A DNA stretch of 64,000 bases from Tepidanaerobacteraceae bacterium (GCA_024655905.1 JANLFP010000004.1:19643-83642); one strand, 5' to 3'; positions 10,897 through 21,625 are shown, counted from the stretch's first letter. Notes: a model not told the origin generated them from the letters alone. Made by a program: numbers and translations.

Positions 10897-11502
10897 ATGT
10901 TTTCAGATATGGAATTAGATGCACTGCGAGAAATAGGCAACATTGGGGCAGGTAATGCGGCTACGGCACTTTCATTATTATTATCAAAAAGAATTAGCAT
11001 GGAAGTGCCGAGAGTCGCAATAATTCCTTTTGATGATGTTTCAGATATTGTCGGCGGTCCGGAAAACCTGGTGACAGGTATATTTATGAGGATTACCGGC
11101 GATATAAGCGGAAACATACTAATAATAATTCCCCAAAAAAATGCATGCAACCTTCTTTATTATCTATTGAAACAAAAACCGGAGGAAAGCTACTTTTCAG
11201 CTATGGAAGAATCGGCTCTTACCGAAGTAGGGAATATCATAGCCAGCTCATTTGTTGCTGCATTATCGGATTTTGCCAAGCTTTCCATGAAGATAACAAC
11301 CCCCAGCTTTGCTTATGATATGGCGGGAGCTATATTGAGCTTCCCTCTCAGCTTGTATGGCTATATGGGTGATACGGCATTTTTTATTGAAACTGAATTT
11401 GCTGAAGGTATCGATGATATAAATTTTCATTTTTTCTTGATACCGGATGATGAATCTTTAAAGGTACTTTTAAAAGCTATTGGAGTGAGTTTGTTTGATT
11501 GA
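10897..11502 (+). CDS. cheC: CheY-P phosphatase CheC
   Basis: Contains a duplicated CheC motif (ELDALREIGNIGAGNAATAL and ESALTEVGNIIASSF). The ATG lies 5 nt after a GAAGGTGA SD. The ORF track starts it 15 nt earlier. Confidence 0.85.
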   Translation: MFSDMELDALREIGNIGAGNAATALSLLLSKRISMEVPRVAIIPFDDVSDIVGGPENLVTGIFMRITGDISGNILIIIPQKNACNLLYYLLKQKPEESYFSAMEESALTEVGNIIASSFVAALSDFAKLSMKITTPSFAYDMAGAILSFPLSLYGYMGDTAFFIETEFAEGIDDINFHFFLIPDDESLKVLLKAIGVSLFD

Positions 11503-11983
11503 AACGGTCAGGGTGGGAATGGCAGAGTATAAAGCGGCAAGATCTCCTGTTGTGTTGATTTCTTTAGGACTGGGTTCCTGTGTGGGGGTTGCTCTTTACG
11601 ATTCGGCAAAAAAAATAGGCGGTTTGGCGCACATTATGCTGCCCGACAGCAATTTGAGCGGCAGAAGGGACTTTAATCCCGGCAAATTCGCTGATACGGC
11701 TATAGATATGCTCATAGGCGATATGGATAAAATTGGAGCTGACCCGAAAAGAATAACAGCTAAAATTGCAGGTGGAGCTCAAATGTTCCAAATAAAATCC
11801 GATAATAGTATAATGCAAATTGGAAAACGGAATGTTGAAGCTGTTAGGTCAAAGCTTGCAACACTTAATGTGAAGATAATCTCTGAAGATGTGGAAGGTA
11901 ATTACGGAAGAACAATCGAATTTAACTGTGAAACCGGTGAGCTTAAGATTAAGACTGTAGGGCATGGTCTAAAAATAATATAA
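11495..11983 (+). CDS. cheD: Chemoreceptor glutamine deamidase CheD
   Basis: 162 aa with CheD sequence including the catalytic region GLGSCVGV and HIMLP. It sits in the cheC-cheD pair order. Confidence 0.9.
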   Translation: MIETVRVGMAEYKAARSPVVLISLGLGSCVGVALYDSAKKIGGLAHIMLPDSNLSGRRDFNPGKFADTAIDMLIGDMDKIGADPKRITAKIAGGAQMFQIKSDNSIMQIGKRNVEAVRSKLATLNVKIISEDVEGNYGRTIEFNCETGELKIKTVGHGLKII

Positions 11984-11998
11984 TGCCGGGGTGGGAAC

Positions 11999-12736
11999 AT
12001 GGAAGCTATCAAGTCTGACAGATTATGGCTGGATTATAATGATACTCTGGACGGCAATCTAAAAGAAAAAATTATCGAAAAGTATATTCCGCTGATAAAA
12101 CATATAGTTAGCCGAATGGCCATAAGTCTGCCCGCGTACATTGATAGCGACGATTTGATTAGCTACGGTATCTTCGGTTTATTGCAGGCTATTGATAGAT
12201 ATGATGCCTCTAAAGGAGTTAAATTTGAAACATATGCTTATGCCCGTATAAAAGGGTCTATTATAGACGAATTGAGAAAATTGGATTGGGTTCCGCAAAG
12301 CATCAGGAAAAAAGCAAAACTCATACAGCGGACATATTCTGAACTGGAGCAAGCCCTGGGTAGAGCGGTGACAGATGAAGATGTTTGCAAACATTTAAAT
12401 ATTTCCAAAGGCGAACTCCAAAATATCTACAATGAAATTGCTTTTACTTCCATAATATCCCTCGACGATTTGCTTTATGCTGAAGATTTTACAAAAGAAA
12501 CCGCGAGGCCTGATATTATGGCAGAGAAACAAGAGCTCAAAAAGATACTGGGCGAGGCTATAAACCGTCTGCCTTATCAGGAAAAATTGGTAGTGACTCT
12601 TTATTATTATGAAGGTTTAACATTGAAAGAAATCGCGAAGGTCCTTGATCTTTCTCAGGGAAGAATTTCTCAGCTTCATACAAAAGCAATTCTGAGACTG
12701 AGGGGCAGTTTGAGCAGAAAAAGGGCTATTCTTTAA
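11999..12736 (+). CDS. sigD: Flagellar sigma-28 factor SigD/FliA
   Basis: Sigma-70 family regions 2, 3 and 4 are recognisable (DDLISYGIFGLLQAIDRYD; LTLKEIAKVLDLSQGRISQLHTKA). It lies at the end of the che genes. Confidence 0.92.
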   Translation: MEAIKSDRLWLDYNDTLDGNLKEKIIEKYIPLIKHIVSRMAISLPAYIDSDDLISYGIFGLLQAIDRYDASKGVKFETYAYARIKGSIIDELRKLDWVPQSIRKKAKLIQRTYSELEQALGRAVTDEDVCKHLNISKGELQNIYNEIAFTSIISLDDLLYAEDFTKETARPDIMAEKQELKKILGEAINRLPYQEKLVVTLYYYEGLTLKEIAKVLDLSQGRISQLHTKAILRLRGSLSRKRAIL

Positions 12737-12757
12737 AATGAAAGCTGGTGAAACTCA

Positions 12758-14272
12758 TTGGCAGACTCCATTAGAAGAAGGATGGAAAACAGAACAGAAT
12801 GGACTATTGAAAAAAAGATGGTTTCAGAAGATAAGCCTGATGGAATACATACAGAAAATGGAATTGAACAAAATGATGGAGATAAAATCAAGGAAGATGC
12901 CAGGTGTGAAGTGGAAATATCAAAGGACCAGATGCATGCTTCAATCTGCATAATACCGCCGAAAGGCGGCAGGATGGTGGACTATGGCGATATACTGGCC
13001 GAGCTTGCAAAGGCGGGGGTAATCGAAGGGATTAATCATAATAAAATAAAAGAAATTCTGGAAAATGGAGTATTTTATTCAAAAGTCAAAATTGCCGAGG
13101 GGAAGGCTCCGGTCAATGGACAAAATGCTCAAATCAAATATTATTTCGATATAAAAAAAGAATTGAGGCCGATTATAACTGAAGATGGGAAAGTAGACTT
13201 TCATAACTTAAACCTTGTAACCAATGTAAAAACAGGAGAATTACTGGCCGAAATCATCCCACCGGCGCCTGGCTTCCCTGGCAAAACTGTAACCGGGAAA
13301 ATTTTGCCAGCTAAGGATGGCAAAGACATTCACTTTAAACCAGGAAAGAACGTCAACATTTCTGAAGACGGCAGAAAAATATATTCAAATATAGACGGCC
13401 AGCCGGTACTCTCTGAAGGCAAAATAAGCGTACTTCAGATCCTGGAAATTAAAGGAGATGTGGGCCCTGCTACCGGAAATATATATTTCCTAGGGAGTAT
13501 TTTAGTAAGAGGTAATGTAAAAAGCGGTTTTAAAATAAAAGTTGAAGGAGATGCTGAAATAGAAGGAACTGTTGAAGCGGCAGAGATAGAAGCTGCTGGC
13601 AGTATAATTATAAAAAGAGGAATTCAAGGAAGCGGGAAAGGGTATCTGAAAGCAGGTATTGATATCACCTCTCGTTATATCGAAAATTCCATGATTGAGG
13701 CTGGCCGGAACATAATAGTTTATGAGGCGGCAATGCACAGCAATCTTTCGGCAGGCAAAATGATAAAAATTGACGGCAAAAAAGGATTGCTGGTTGGCGG
13801 AAGCTGTAAAGCGGGGGAGGAGCTTATAGCAAAGACGATAGGCTCACCAATGGCTACATATACTCAAGTCGAAGTGGGAATAAATCCAGAATTAAAAAAG
13901 AAACTCATTGAACTCAACCAAAAATTGCAAATTATCGAGAATGATCTGAAGAAAGCACTGCAGACGGTTTGCCTGTTTGAAAGATTAAAGGATAGGGATG
14001 CTTTGCCGCCGGATAAATTGCTCATGTATGAAAAATTAAAAAATACCTGTGAAATGTTACATGAGCAAAGAACTTATGTAATCAACGACATCGAAAAACT
14101 CGAGGCTTTAGTAGCTGATATGGGAAGGGCAAAGGTATCCGCTTCCAATGCAGTCATGCCGGGAGTAAATATTGCGATAGGGAATGCGAGTTTTAAGGTA
14201 AAAGATAAAATCGAGCATGCTACTTTCTATAATTACGACGGTCAGATAAAATTTGGCGTATATGAAGGATAG
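12758..14272 (+). CDS. DUF342 / FapA-like (flagellar assembly protein A family) protein
   Basis: Contains a repetitive beta-helix-like core (GDVGPATGNIYFLGSILVRGNVKSGFKIKVEGDAEIEGTVEAAEIEAAGSIIIKRGIQG) and a C-terminal coiled coil, both typical of DUF342. The start is uncertain. Confidence 0.8.
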   Translation: MADSIRRRMENRTEWTIEKKMVSEDKPDGIHTENGIEQNDGDKIKEDARCEVEISKDQMHASICIIPPKGGRMVDYGDILAELAKAGVIEGINHNKIKEILENGVFYSKVKIAEGKAPVNGQNAQIKYYFDIKKELRPIITEDGKVDFHNLNLVTNVKTGELLAEIIPPAPGFPGKTVTGKILPAKDGKDIHFKPGKNVNISEDGRKIYSNIDGQPVLSEGKISVLQILEIKGDVGPATGNIYFLGSILVRGNVKSGFKIKVEGDAEIEGTVEAAEIEAAGSIIIKRGIQGSGKGYLKAGIDITSRYIENSMIEAGRNIIVYEAAMHSNLSAGKMIKIDGKKGLLVGGSCKAGEELIAKTIGSPMATYTQVEVGINPELKKKLIELNQKLQIIENDLKKALQTVCLFERLKDRDALPPDKLLMYEKLKNTCEMLHEQRTYVINDIEKLEALVADMGRAKVSASNAVMPGVNIAIGNASFKVKDKIEHATFYNYDGQIKFGVYEG

Positions 14273-14283
14273 GTGATACGTTC

Positions 14284-14571
14284 ATGTCAATGCGACCTGT
14301 TGACTTACAGGTTATCGTGCCAAGAACTACAGAAACTACCAGAATTCAACAAACCTTAAAAGAGGGAAACGAAACGCAGCAGAGTGCGCTGACCGCTCAA
14401 TTCCAGGAACAGTTAAGGGTAATGAAAGAAAAAGTGTATGAAAGAGCACGACCCGAAGAAATAAGAGAGGAAGGCGATAAAAACCATCGCCAAAAAGATG
14501 GCAAGGCAAAGCAAAATGGTAAAAAAAGGGATAATTCAAAAAAAACATCCCATATTGATGTAAGAATATAA
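14284..14571 (+). CDS. Hypothetical small Lys/Glu-rich protein (95 aa)
   Basis: The ORF starts 12 nt after the DUF342 gene and is followed directly by an intrinsic terminator. I recognise no family. Confidence 0.5.
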   Translation: MSMRPVDLQVIVPRTTETTRIQQTLKEGNETQQSALTAQFQEQLRVMKEKVYERARPEEIREEGDKNHRQKDGKAKQNGKKRDNSKKTSHIDVRI

Positions 14572-14577
14572 TTTGTT

Positions 14578-14603
14578 TTCAGTTCGTTGAACTGAATTTT
14601 TTT
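14578..14603 (+). terminator. Intrinsic terminator closing the fla/che transcription unit
   Basis: TTCAGTT / AACTGAA stem with a 5-nt loop, followed by TTTTTTT. Confidence 0.75.
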
Positions 14604-14624
14604 ATGTAATTCAAAGTTAATGCC

Positions 14625-14653
14625 TTGACATTTGTTTTTAAATAAAGTATATT
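14625..14653 (+). promoter_or_regulatory. Sigma-A-type promoter for the iscR operon
   Basis: TTGACA, a 17-nt spacer, then TATATT, about 47 nt upstream of the iscR GTG. Confidence 0.6.
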
Positions 14654-14699
14654 ATTAACATAATAACCAACTAAATCGATAGGAATTAGGTGATAGCAG

Positions 14700-15152
14700 G
14701 TGAAACTTTCAACAAAAGGAAGATATGGTTTAAGGGCCATGTTTGATCTTGCGCAACACTACGGCAGCGGTCCTATTCCTTTAAAAAGCGTAGCGGAAAG
14801 GCAGGATATATCAGAACATTATCTCGAACAACTCATTTCTGGCCTGAAAAAAGCCGGTCTTGTTCAGAGCGTTCGTGGTGCTCAAGGGGGTTATTCTCTT
14901 GCCAGAAAACCCGGTGAAATAACCGTAAGTGATGTTTTGAGAGTTCTTGAAGGGCCAATGGGTCCGGTTGATTGCGTACTGGAGCAGGATGCGGTGAAAT
15001 GCTCTCGAGCCAATGATTGTATATCCCGTATTGTGTGGGAAAAACTAAGAGACAGCATGATAAAAACGATGGATTCAATTACACTACAGGATATGTGCGA
15101 AGAAGCTGAAAAACTCAAGAAGAAATCCGAAAATTATATGTATTATATATAA
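14700..15152 (+). CDS. iscR: Rrf2-family Fe-S cluster regulator (IscR-like)
   Basis: Has an Rrf2 N-terminal wHTH (MKLSTKGRYGLRAMFDLA) and three Cys residues (C-x8-C-x5-C) as candidate cluster ligands. It lies upstream of nifS-nifU. Confidence 0.85.
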   Translation: MKLSTKGRYGLRAMFDLAQHYGSGPIPLKSVAERQDISEHYLEQLISGLKKAGLVQSVRGAQGGYSLARKPGEITVSDVLRVLEGPMGPVDCVLEQDAVKCSRANDCISRIVWEKLRDSMIKTMDSITLQDMCEEAEKLKKKSENYMYYI

Positions 15153-15176
15153 TATTTTGAAAAAGGAGTGGGATTT

Positions 15177-16367
15177 ATGAAAAAGATATATATGGATCAT
15201 GCAGGCACTACCCCAATGAGGAAAGAAGTGCTCGAAGCCATGATGCCTTATATGACTGAAAGGTTTGGTAATGCATCCACCATATATTCCTTGGGTAGGG
15301 AAGCAAAAATGGCACTGGAAGACAGCAGAGAAAAAGTTGCTAATTTGATAGGAGCAGAACCTGGGGAGGTTTTTTTTACGGCAGGAGGTACCGAGTCGGA
15401 TAATTGGGCTTTGAGGGGTATAGCTGAAGCCAATAAGGATATGGGAAATCATATAATAACCTCATGTATAGAACACCATGCCGTTTTGCACACATGTCAG
15501 GATTTGGAAAAGCAGGGATACAGAGTAACATATTTACCTGTCGACAGATATGGGTTTGTTGCACCTGAACACGTAAAAAATTCAATTACCGATGATACAA
15601 TCCTGGTATCAATAATGCATGCCAATAATGAGATAGGGACAATTGAACCTATAGCAGATATAGGCAAAATTATAAAGCGGCAAAAAAGGAAAATATATTT
15701 TCATACCGATGCAGTTCAAACTGTTGGCAAAATACCGGTTAAAGTAGATGAACTGTATGTGGATCTTTTAAGCGTATCATCCCATAAAATTTATGGGCCT
15801 AAAGGCATAGGAGCTTTATATATAAAAAAGGGCACAAAAATAAAACCATTTATAACAGGAGGCGCCCAGGAAAGGCAAAAAAGAGCCGGCACAGAAAATA
15901 TACCTGCCATAGTTGGGTTTGGCAAAGCCTGTGAACTTATTGAAGCGGAGCTTGAACAGCAATATGAAAAGCTTTCAAGATTAAGAGACAGACTAATCCG
16001 TGGAATTATGGAGAATATCCCATTCGTTCATCTAAATGGACACCCCACCATGCGTTTGCCGCATAACGTTAATGTCTGTTTTGAATTTATAGAAGGCGAA
16101 TCCCTTCTTTTAAATCTTGACATGAAGGATATTTGTGCCTCCAGTGGTTCCGCGTGTACATCTGGTTCACTGGAACCTTCTCATGTATTACTCGCCATTG
16201 GTCTTCCGCATGAAATAGCGCATGGTTCGCTCAGATTGACACTCGGAATGGATAACACAGAAGAAGATGTTGACTTTGTTTTAGAAATATTACCCGGCAT
16301 AGTAAACAAATTGCGTGAAATGTCACCGCTTTTTGCCGAGAGAAAGGAGATGCCCAAAAATGTATAA
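15177..16367 (+). CDS. iscS: Cysteine desulfurase NifS/IscS
   Basis: Carries a PLP-Lys motif (SSHKIYGPKG) and an active-site Cys loop (SSGSACTS). The ATG lies 8 nt after AAGGAG. Confidence 0.93.
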   Translation: MKKIYMDHAGTTPMRKEVLEAMMPYMTERFGNASTIYSLGREAKMALEDSREKVANLIGAEPGEVFFTAGGTESDNWALRGIAEANKDMGNHIITSCIEHHAVLHTCQDLEKQGYRVTYLPVDRYGFVAPEHVKNSITDDTILVSIMHANNEIGTIEPIADIGKIIKRQKRKIYFHTDAVQTVGKIPVKVDELYVDLLSVSSHKIYGPKGIGALYIKKGTKIKPFITGGAQERQKRAGTENIPAIVGFGKACELIEAELEQQYEKLSRLRDRLIRGIMENIPFVHLNGHPTMRLPHNVNVCFEFIEGESLLLNLDMKDICASSGSACTSGSLEPSHVLLAIGLPHEIAHGSLRLTLGMDNTEEDVDFVLEILPGIVNKLREMSPLFAERKEMPKNV

Positions 16368-16743
16368 TGAAAAGGTTATGGATCATTTTTCGAATCCTCG
16401 CAATGTCGGAGAGATAGTCGATGCTGATGGAGTAGGCCAGGTAGGCAATCCGGTTTGTGGAGATATTATGAAAATATTTATTAAAGTTAGAGATAATATT
16501 ATAGAAGATATAAAATTTAAAACTTTCGGCTGCGGCGCGGCAATAGCCACAAGCAGCATGGTTACTGAAATGGTTAAGGGCAAATCATTGGAGGAAGCTC
16601 TAAAAATAAGTAATAAAACCGTAGCCGAAGCTTTGGGGGGGCTTCCTCCTGTTAAAATGCATTGTTCCAATCTGGCTGCCGATGCATTGCATGCCGCAAT
16701 CGAAGATTTTCAAAAAAAGCAAAGCAAAAAGGGATTAGAATGA
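16360..16743 (+). CDS. nifU: Fe-S cluster scaffold NifU/IscU
   Basis: The three scaffold Cys residues are present (GNPVCGD, FGCGAAIA, MHCSNLA). The start overlaps the nifS end. The ORF track start at 16315 is an upstream in-frame extension. Confidence 0.93.
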   Translation: MYNEKVMDHFSNPRNVGEIVDADGVGQVGNPVCGDIMKIFIKVRDNIIEDIKFKTFGCGAAIATSSMVTEMVKGKSLEEALKISNKTVAEALGGLPPVKMHCSNLAADALHAAIEDFQKKQSKKGLE

Positions 16744-17834
16744 AAAAGAACAGAGTTGTAGTGGCGATGAGCGGTGGAGTGGATAGCTCCGTTTGCGCTT
16801 ATTTATTGAAAGAACGGGGATATGAGGTAATTGGCATGACAATGCAGATATGGCAGGATGCTCCCGAAGAAACGAGGTTGAAAGAAGGCGGATGCTGTTC
16901 AATAGGAGCTGTTTATGATGCGCGACGGGTAGCTGATAAAATAGGCGTATCGTATTATGTGATAAACCTAAAAGAGATTTTTAAAGAAAAAGTGATAAAA
17001 AATTTTATTGAAGAATACCTGAAAGGCCGTACGCCTAACCCCTGTATAGCGTGCAATCGACATTTGAAATTTGATGTTTTGCTGAAGAAAGCCTTGGAAA
17101 TAGATGCCTTCTATATTGCCACAGGTCATTACGGCAAAATCGAGTATGATGATTCAACAGGAAGATATTTATTGAAAAAATCTGTTGATGCTTCAAAAGA
17201 CCAGTCATATGCACTTTATAACTTAACCCAGTTTCAACTGGAACATACAATTTTGCCTCTGGGTTATTACACAAAACACCAGATACGAAAAATAGCGGAG
17301 CAAGCCGGCCTTTCAGTTGCAAAAAAACCAGACAGCCAGGAAATTTGTTTTGTAGATACGAATTACAGGGAGTTTTTAAAACAAAAAGTACCCGAAAAAA
17401 TTACACCAGGGCCATTTGTTGACAAATATGGAAATATATTGGGTACGCACAATGGAATACCTTTTTACACTATAGGACAAAGACGGGGTCTGGGTATTTC
17501 GGCCGGAAAGCCGCTTTATGTCATTGATATAAACGCAGAGCGCAATACTGTGCTTCTGGGTGAGGAACGGGATCTTTTCACAAAAGAATTTATCGCAGAA
17601 CGAATCAATTGGATAGCAATAGATAAACTCAAGTCGGAAATGCAGGTATCTGCAAAGATAAGGTATAATTTTGCTGAACAACCTGCAAAAATACAGCCGT
17701 ACGGAACAGACAAGGTAAAAGTAATTTTTAGTGAACCGCAGAAAGCTGTCACCCCAGGGCAGGCAGTAGTATTTTATGTTAACGATAAGGTAATTGGTGG
17801 TGGAATAATAGAAAAAAGAACAGATTTAAACTGA
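16741..17834 (+). CDS. mnmA: tRNA 2-thiouridylase MnmA
   Basis: Has a PP-loop (AMSGGVDSS) and the conserved sequences NPCIACN and KDQSYAL. Its ATGA start overlaps the nifU stop. The ORF track start at 16662 is an upstream extension. Confidence 0.94.
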
Positions 17835-17914
17835 TGTGCGCTGAAAAGCGTATTTTTTTTTGCTTTTTGGTTAAAATTAAAATATAGATAAAGTTTTTTT
17901 AGAGGTGAAAAATA

Positions 17915-18106
17915 TTGATTGTCTGTCCTTTATGCGGAGGAAATTCCATAGGAAAAGTGGGAAACAATCAGTTTTATTGTTGGGATTGTTTCGTGGAATT
18001 TTCAATACAAAAAAACAAAGTTACTGTATATGAAGTGGGAGATGATGGAAGTTTGTTGCCGTATAACCGCGATCATAAACAAATAACTGCCGGAGGTAGC
18101 CTATAG
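17915..18106 (+). CDS. Hypothetical small zinc-ribbon protein (63 aa)
   Basis: Has CPLCGG...CWDC (two CxxC pairs), a TTG start and a GAGGTG SD 7 nt upstream. Confidence 0.45.
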   Translation: MIVCPLCGGNSIGKVGNNQFYCWDCFVEFSIQKNKVTVYEVGDDGSLLPYNRDHKQITAGGSL

Positions 18107-18182
18107 CAAATAAATCCATAGTTCTCGCGAAACATATTTTAGCAACATAGACGATGAAAGAATAAAAGAGAATAATAAAGAG

Positions 18183-19232
18183 GTGAAAGACATATTTAAA
18201 ATCGCCTCCCACCGGAATTTGCTCTACCGGCTTTTTTTATTTATTCTATTGCTAATAATTTTAATTCTGATTTTTATTCAGAGAAAAAAACTTGAAGTTA
18301 TCTTACTGCCATTTGCCATAGGTATTTTTATTACTTACATACTGGATCCTATAGTGGTATTTTTAGTAAATAAAGGTTTAAAAAGATCAGTTGCTGTAGC
18401 CATAATATATTTTATTTTGATCGGTTCAATAATCATCGCTCTCTTATATGTTGTACCTGTTATTTTAATCGAACTTACCAAATTGATTGATACCATTCCT
18501 TTTTATACCCGTGAAACTCAGTTTTTTATAAAAGATATTAGAACAAAATATAAAACCACTCTACCGGTTAGCATTCAAGAAGTCATAGATAGAAATATAG
18601 CTCAGATAGAAAAAATACTGCTTTCAATATTGCAGAACATGGCAAACATAATCATGGGATGGTTTGCTAGTTTGTTCAGCATTATTCTTGGGCCTGTTGT
18701 TGGTTTCTATTTGCTTAGAGACCTGGATAAAATCAAATTAAATATAGTCTGTTTTTTGCCGCCTTCTCAGAAAAAAAATATAATATATTTTCTTGAAAAA
18801 ATAGATACGACTCTCGGCAAATATATAAGAAGCCAGCTAATCGTGAGTTTAATCATAGGTATTTTGACTACACTGGCTTTATACATTTTAAACATTGATT
18901 TTGCACTTTTAATAGGACTTATGGCGGGTATTACAAATGTAATTCCGTATTTTGGACCATTTTTAGGCGCATTACCCGCCTTACTGATAGCACTGCTCAG
19001 ATATCCTCAAAGAATTGTATGGCTTATAATAGCGATAATTATAATACACCAGCTTGAAAGCGGCATTATATCCCCCTATATTGTGGGGGAAAATGTTGGC
19101 CTGCATCCGCTGACAGTAATTTTTTCACTTTTGGCAGGTGGGGTATTTTTCGGCTTATGGGGAATGATTCTTGCAATCCCTCTGGCGGCTTTAATTAAAA
19201 TTATTATGGTATCTAGATTAAACAAGAATTGA
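18183..19232 (+). CDS. AI-2E family transporter (PerM/UPF0118)
   Basis: 349 aa with about 8 TM segments and a characteristic C-terminal half (NVIPYFGPFLGALPA...). It has a GTG start. Confidence 0.85.
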   Translation: MKDIFKIASHRNLLYRLFLFILLLIILILIFIQRKKLEVILLPFAIGIFITYILDPIVVFLVNKGLKRSVAVAIIYFILIGSIIIALLYVVPVILIELTKLIDTIPFYTRETQFFIKDIRTKYKTTLPVSIQEVIDRNIAQIEKILLSILQNMANIIMGWFASLFSIILGPVVGFYLLRDLDKIKLNIVCFLPPSQKKNIIYFLEKIDTTLGKYIRSQLIVSLIIGILTTLALYILNIDFALLIGLMAGITNVIPYFGPFLGALPALLIALLRYPQRIVWLIIAIIIIHQLESGIISPYIVGENVGLHPLTVIFSLLAGGVFFGLWGMILAIPLAALIKIIMVSRLNKN

Positions 19233-19283
19233 ATCATTTGCAAAATCTCTACGCAAATTATTTAAAGTAATATTCGAAGAATA

Positions 19284-19312
19284 TTGCATAAGCTTACTTT
19301 TTATGGTATACT
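19284..19312 (+). promoter_or_regulatory. Sigma-A-type promoter for rpsB-tsf
   Basis: TTGCAT, a 17-nt spacer, then TATACT. This leaves a 5' UTR of about 100 nt. Confidence 0.6.
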
Positions 19313-19412
19313 AACAAACGGTAAATTCACACGCCGCTGGATTTCAAAGAGGGTGCCGAAAGGTCTTTTTGAAAAATGAAACGGCGGAGGTTAAAACCAG
19401 GGAGGTGAAAAA

Positions 19413-20117
19413 ATGTCAATAGTTTCTATGAAACAGCTTTTAGAAGCAGGCGTTCACTTCGGACATCAGACCAGAAGATGGAATCCCAAAATGAAAGAAT
19501 ATATTTTTACTGAAAGAAACGGGATTTACATCATCGACCTGCAGAAAACCGTCAAAAAAATCGAAGAGGCCTATGAATTCGTAAAAAAAGTGGCTTCAGA
19601 AGGCGGTTACATCCTTTTTGTCGGTACCAAAAAACAGGCTCAGGAATCCATTCAGGAAGAAGCTGTAAGGTGCGGCATGTTTTATGTAAATCAAAGATGG
19701 CTTGGAGGCATGCTTACGAATTTCAAAACCATTCGCAAACGTATAGACAGGCTGCACGAACTTGAAAAAATGGAGGAAGACGGTCTTTTAGAGGTGCTTC
19801 CCAAAAAGGAAGTACAGAACTTAAAACATGAAAAAGACCGCCTTGAAAAGTATCTGGGTGGCATCAAGAATATGACCGAACTTCCCAATGCATTATTCGT
19901 TGTGGATCCGAGGAAGGAAAAAAATGCTATTCTTGAAGCAAGGAAACTTCAGATTCCGATAGTTGCTATTGTGGATACCAACTGCGATCCCGATGAGGTA
20001 GATTACGTTATACCCGGCAATGACGATGCTATACGAGCTGTTAAATTGCTTACAGAAAAAATGGCTGACGCCGTTCTTGAAGGAAAGCAGGGCGAGCAGC
20101 TGGCTGCAGGAGAGTAA
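19413..20117 (+). CDS. rpsB: 30S ribosomal protein S2
   Basis: Canonical S2 sequence ([19 protein letters not shown]). Confidence 0.98.
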   Translation: MSIVSMKQLLEAGVHFGHQTRRWNPKMKEYIFTERNGIYIIDLQKTVKKIEEAYEFVKKVASEGGYILFVGTKKQAQESIQEEAVRCGMFYVNQRWLGGMLTNFKTIRKRIDRLHELEKMEEDGLLEVLPKKEVQNLKHEKDRLEKYLGGIKNMTELPNALFVVDPRKEKNAILEARKLQIPIVAIVDTNCDPDEVDYVIPGNDDAIRAVKLLTEKMADAVLEGKQGEQLAAGE

Positions 20118-20123
20118 TATTTT

Positions 20124-20153
20124 AAGGTAAGGGGGGATATGCACCCTTACCTT
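20124..20153 (+). other. Intercistronic RNA hairpin between rpsB and tsf
   Basis: Perfect 10-bp stem AAGGTAAGGG / CCCTTACCTT with a 10-nt loop and no T-tract after it. Confidence 0.6.
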
Positions 20154-20191
20154 TAATAATGTAGAGAAAAATCAATGGGAGGTTGAATACC

Positions 20192-20809
20192 ATGATTACT
20201 CCTGAACAGGTAAAGGAACTACGGGAGAGAACAGGTGCGGGAATTATGGATTGTAAAAAGGCGCTTGCCGAATCCAGCGGAGACATGGAAAAGGCGATAA
20301 TTATTCTCAGGGAAAAGGGGCTTGCCAAAGCTGCAAAAAAAACCAGTCGTGTTGCTGCAGAAGGGATTATTGATTCTTACATACATGGCAACGGTAGAAT
20401 CGGAGTGCTGGTTGAAGTTAACTGTGAAACGGATTTTGTTGCGAGAAACGATGAATTCAAAAGCCTTGTAAAAGACATTGCGATGCAAATTGCCGCAGCC
20501 AATCCGAGATATATTTCCAGGGGTGATGTCCCCGATGAGGTTATTCGGAAGGAGAGGGAGATACTCAAAACGCAGGCGATTAATGAAGGAAAGCCTGAAC
20601 ACATAGCGGAGAAAATAGTAGATGGAAGAATAGAAAAATTTTATGAAGAAAATTGTTTGCTGGATCAACCTTTTATAAGAGACCCAGATAAGAAGGTTTC
20701 TCAACTTATAATGGAAAAAATAGCAATAATTGGCGAAAACATTACCGTAAGTCGGTTTACCCGGTATGAACGAGGGGAAGTTCCTGCTGCAGGGCAAACG
20801 GAAGAATAA
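20192..20809 (+). CDS. tsf: Elongation factor Ts (short form)
   Basis: UBA-like N-terminus ([19 protein letters not shown]). The ATG lies 9 nt after GGGAGG. About 205 aa. Confidence 0.95.
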   Translation: MITPEQVKELRERTGAGIMDCKKALAESSGDMEKAIIILREKGLAKAAKKTSRVAAEGIIDSYIHGNGRIGVLVEVNCETDFVARNDEFKSLVKDIAMQIAAANPRYISRGDVPDEVIRKEREILKTQAINEGKPEHIAEKIVDGRIEKFYEENCLLDQPFIRDPDKKVSQLIMEKIAIIGENITVSRFTRYERGEVPAAGQTEE

Positions 20810-20821
20810 TGCATATTTTTG

Positions 20822-20846
20822 GAGACACTTGAAGTGTCTCTTTTTT
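20822..20846 (+). terminator. Intrinsic terminator after tsf
   Basis: GAGACAC / GTGTCTC stem with loop TTGAA, followed by TTTTTT. Confidence 0.8.
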
Positions 20847-20868
20847 AAAAAAGAGGATTTTTGCATAA

Positions 20869-21618
<750 letters not shown>

Positions 21619-21625
21619 ATATTTA

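Noticed and set aside
19236-19258. A weak hairpin (ATTTGC/GCAAAT with an 11-nt loop) after the AI-2E permease gene, and another (around 17838-17860) after mnmA.
   Set aside because: The stems are short and AT-rich with poor or absent T-tracts. The evidence is insufficient to annotate them as terminators.
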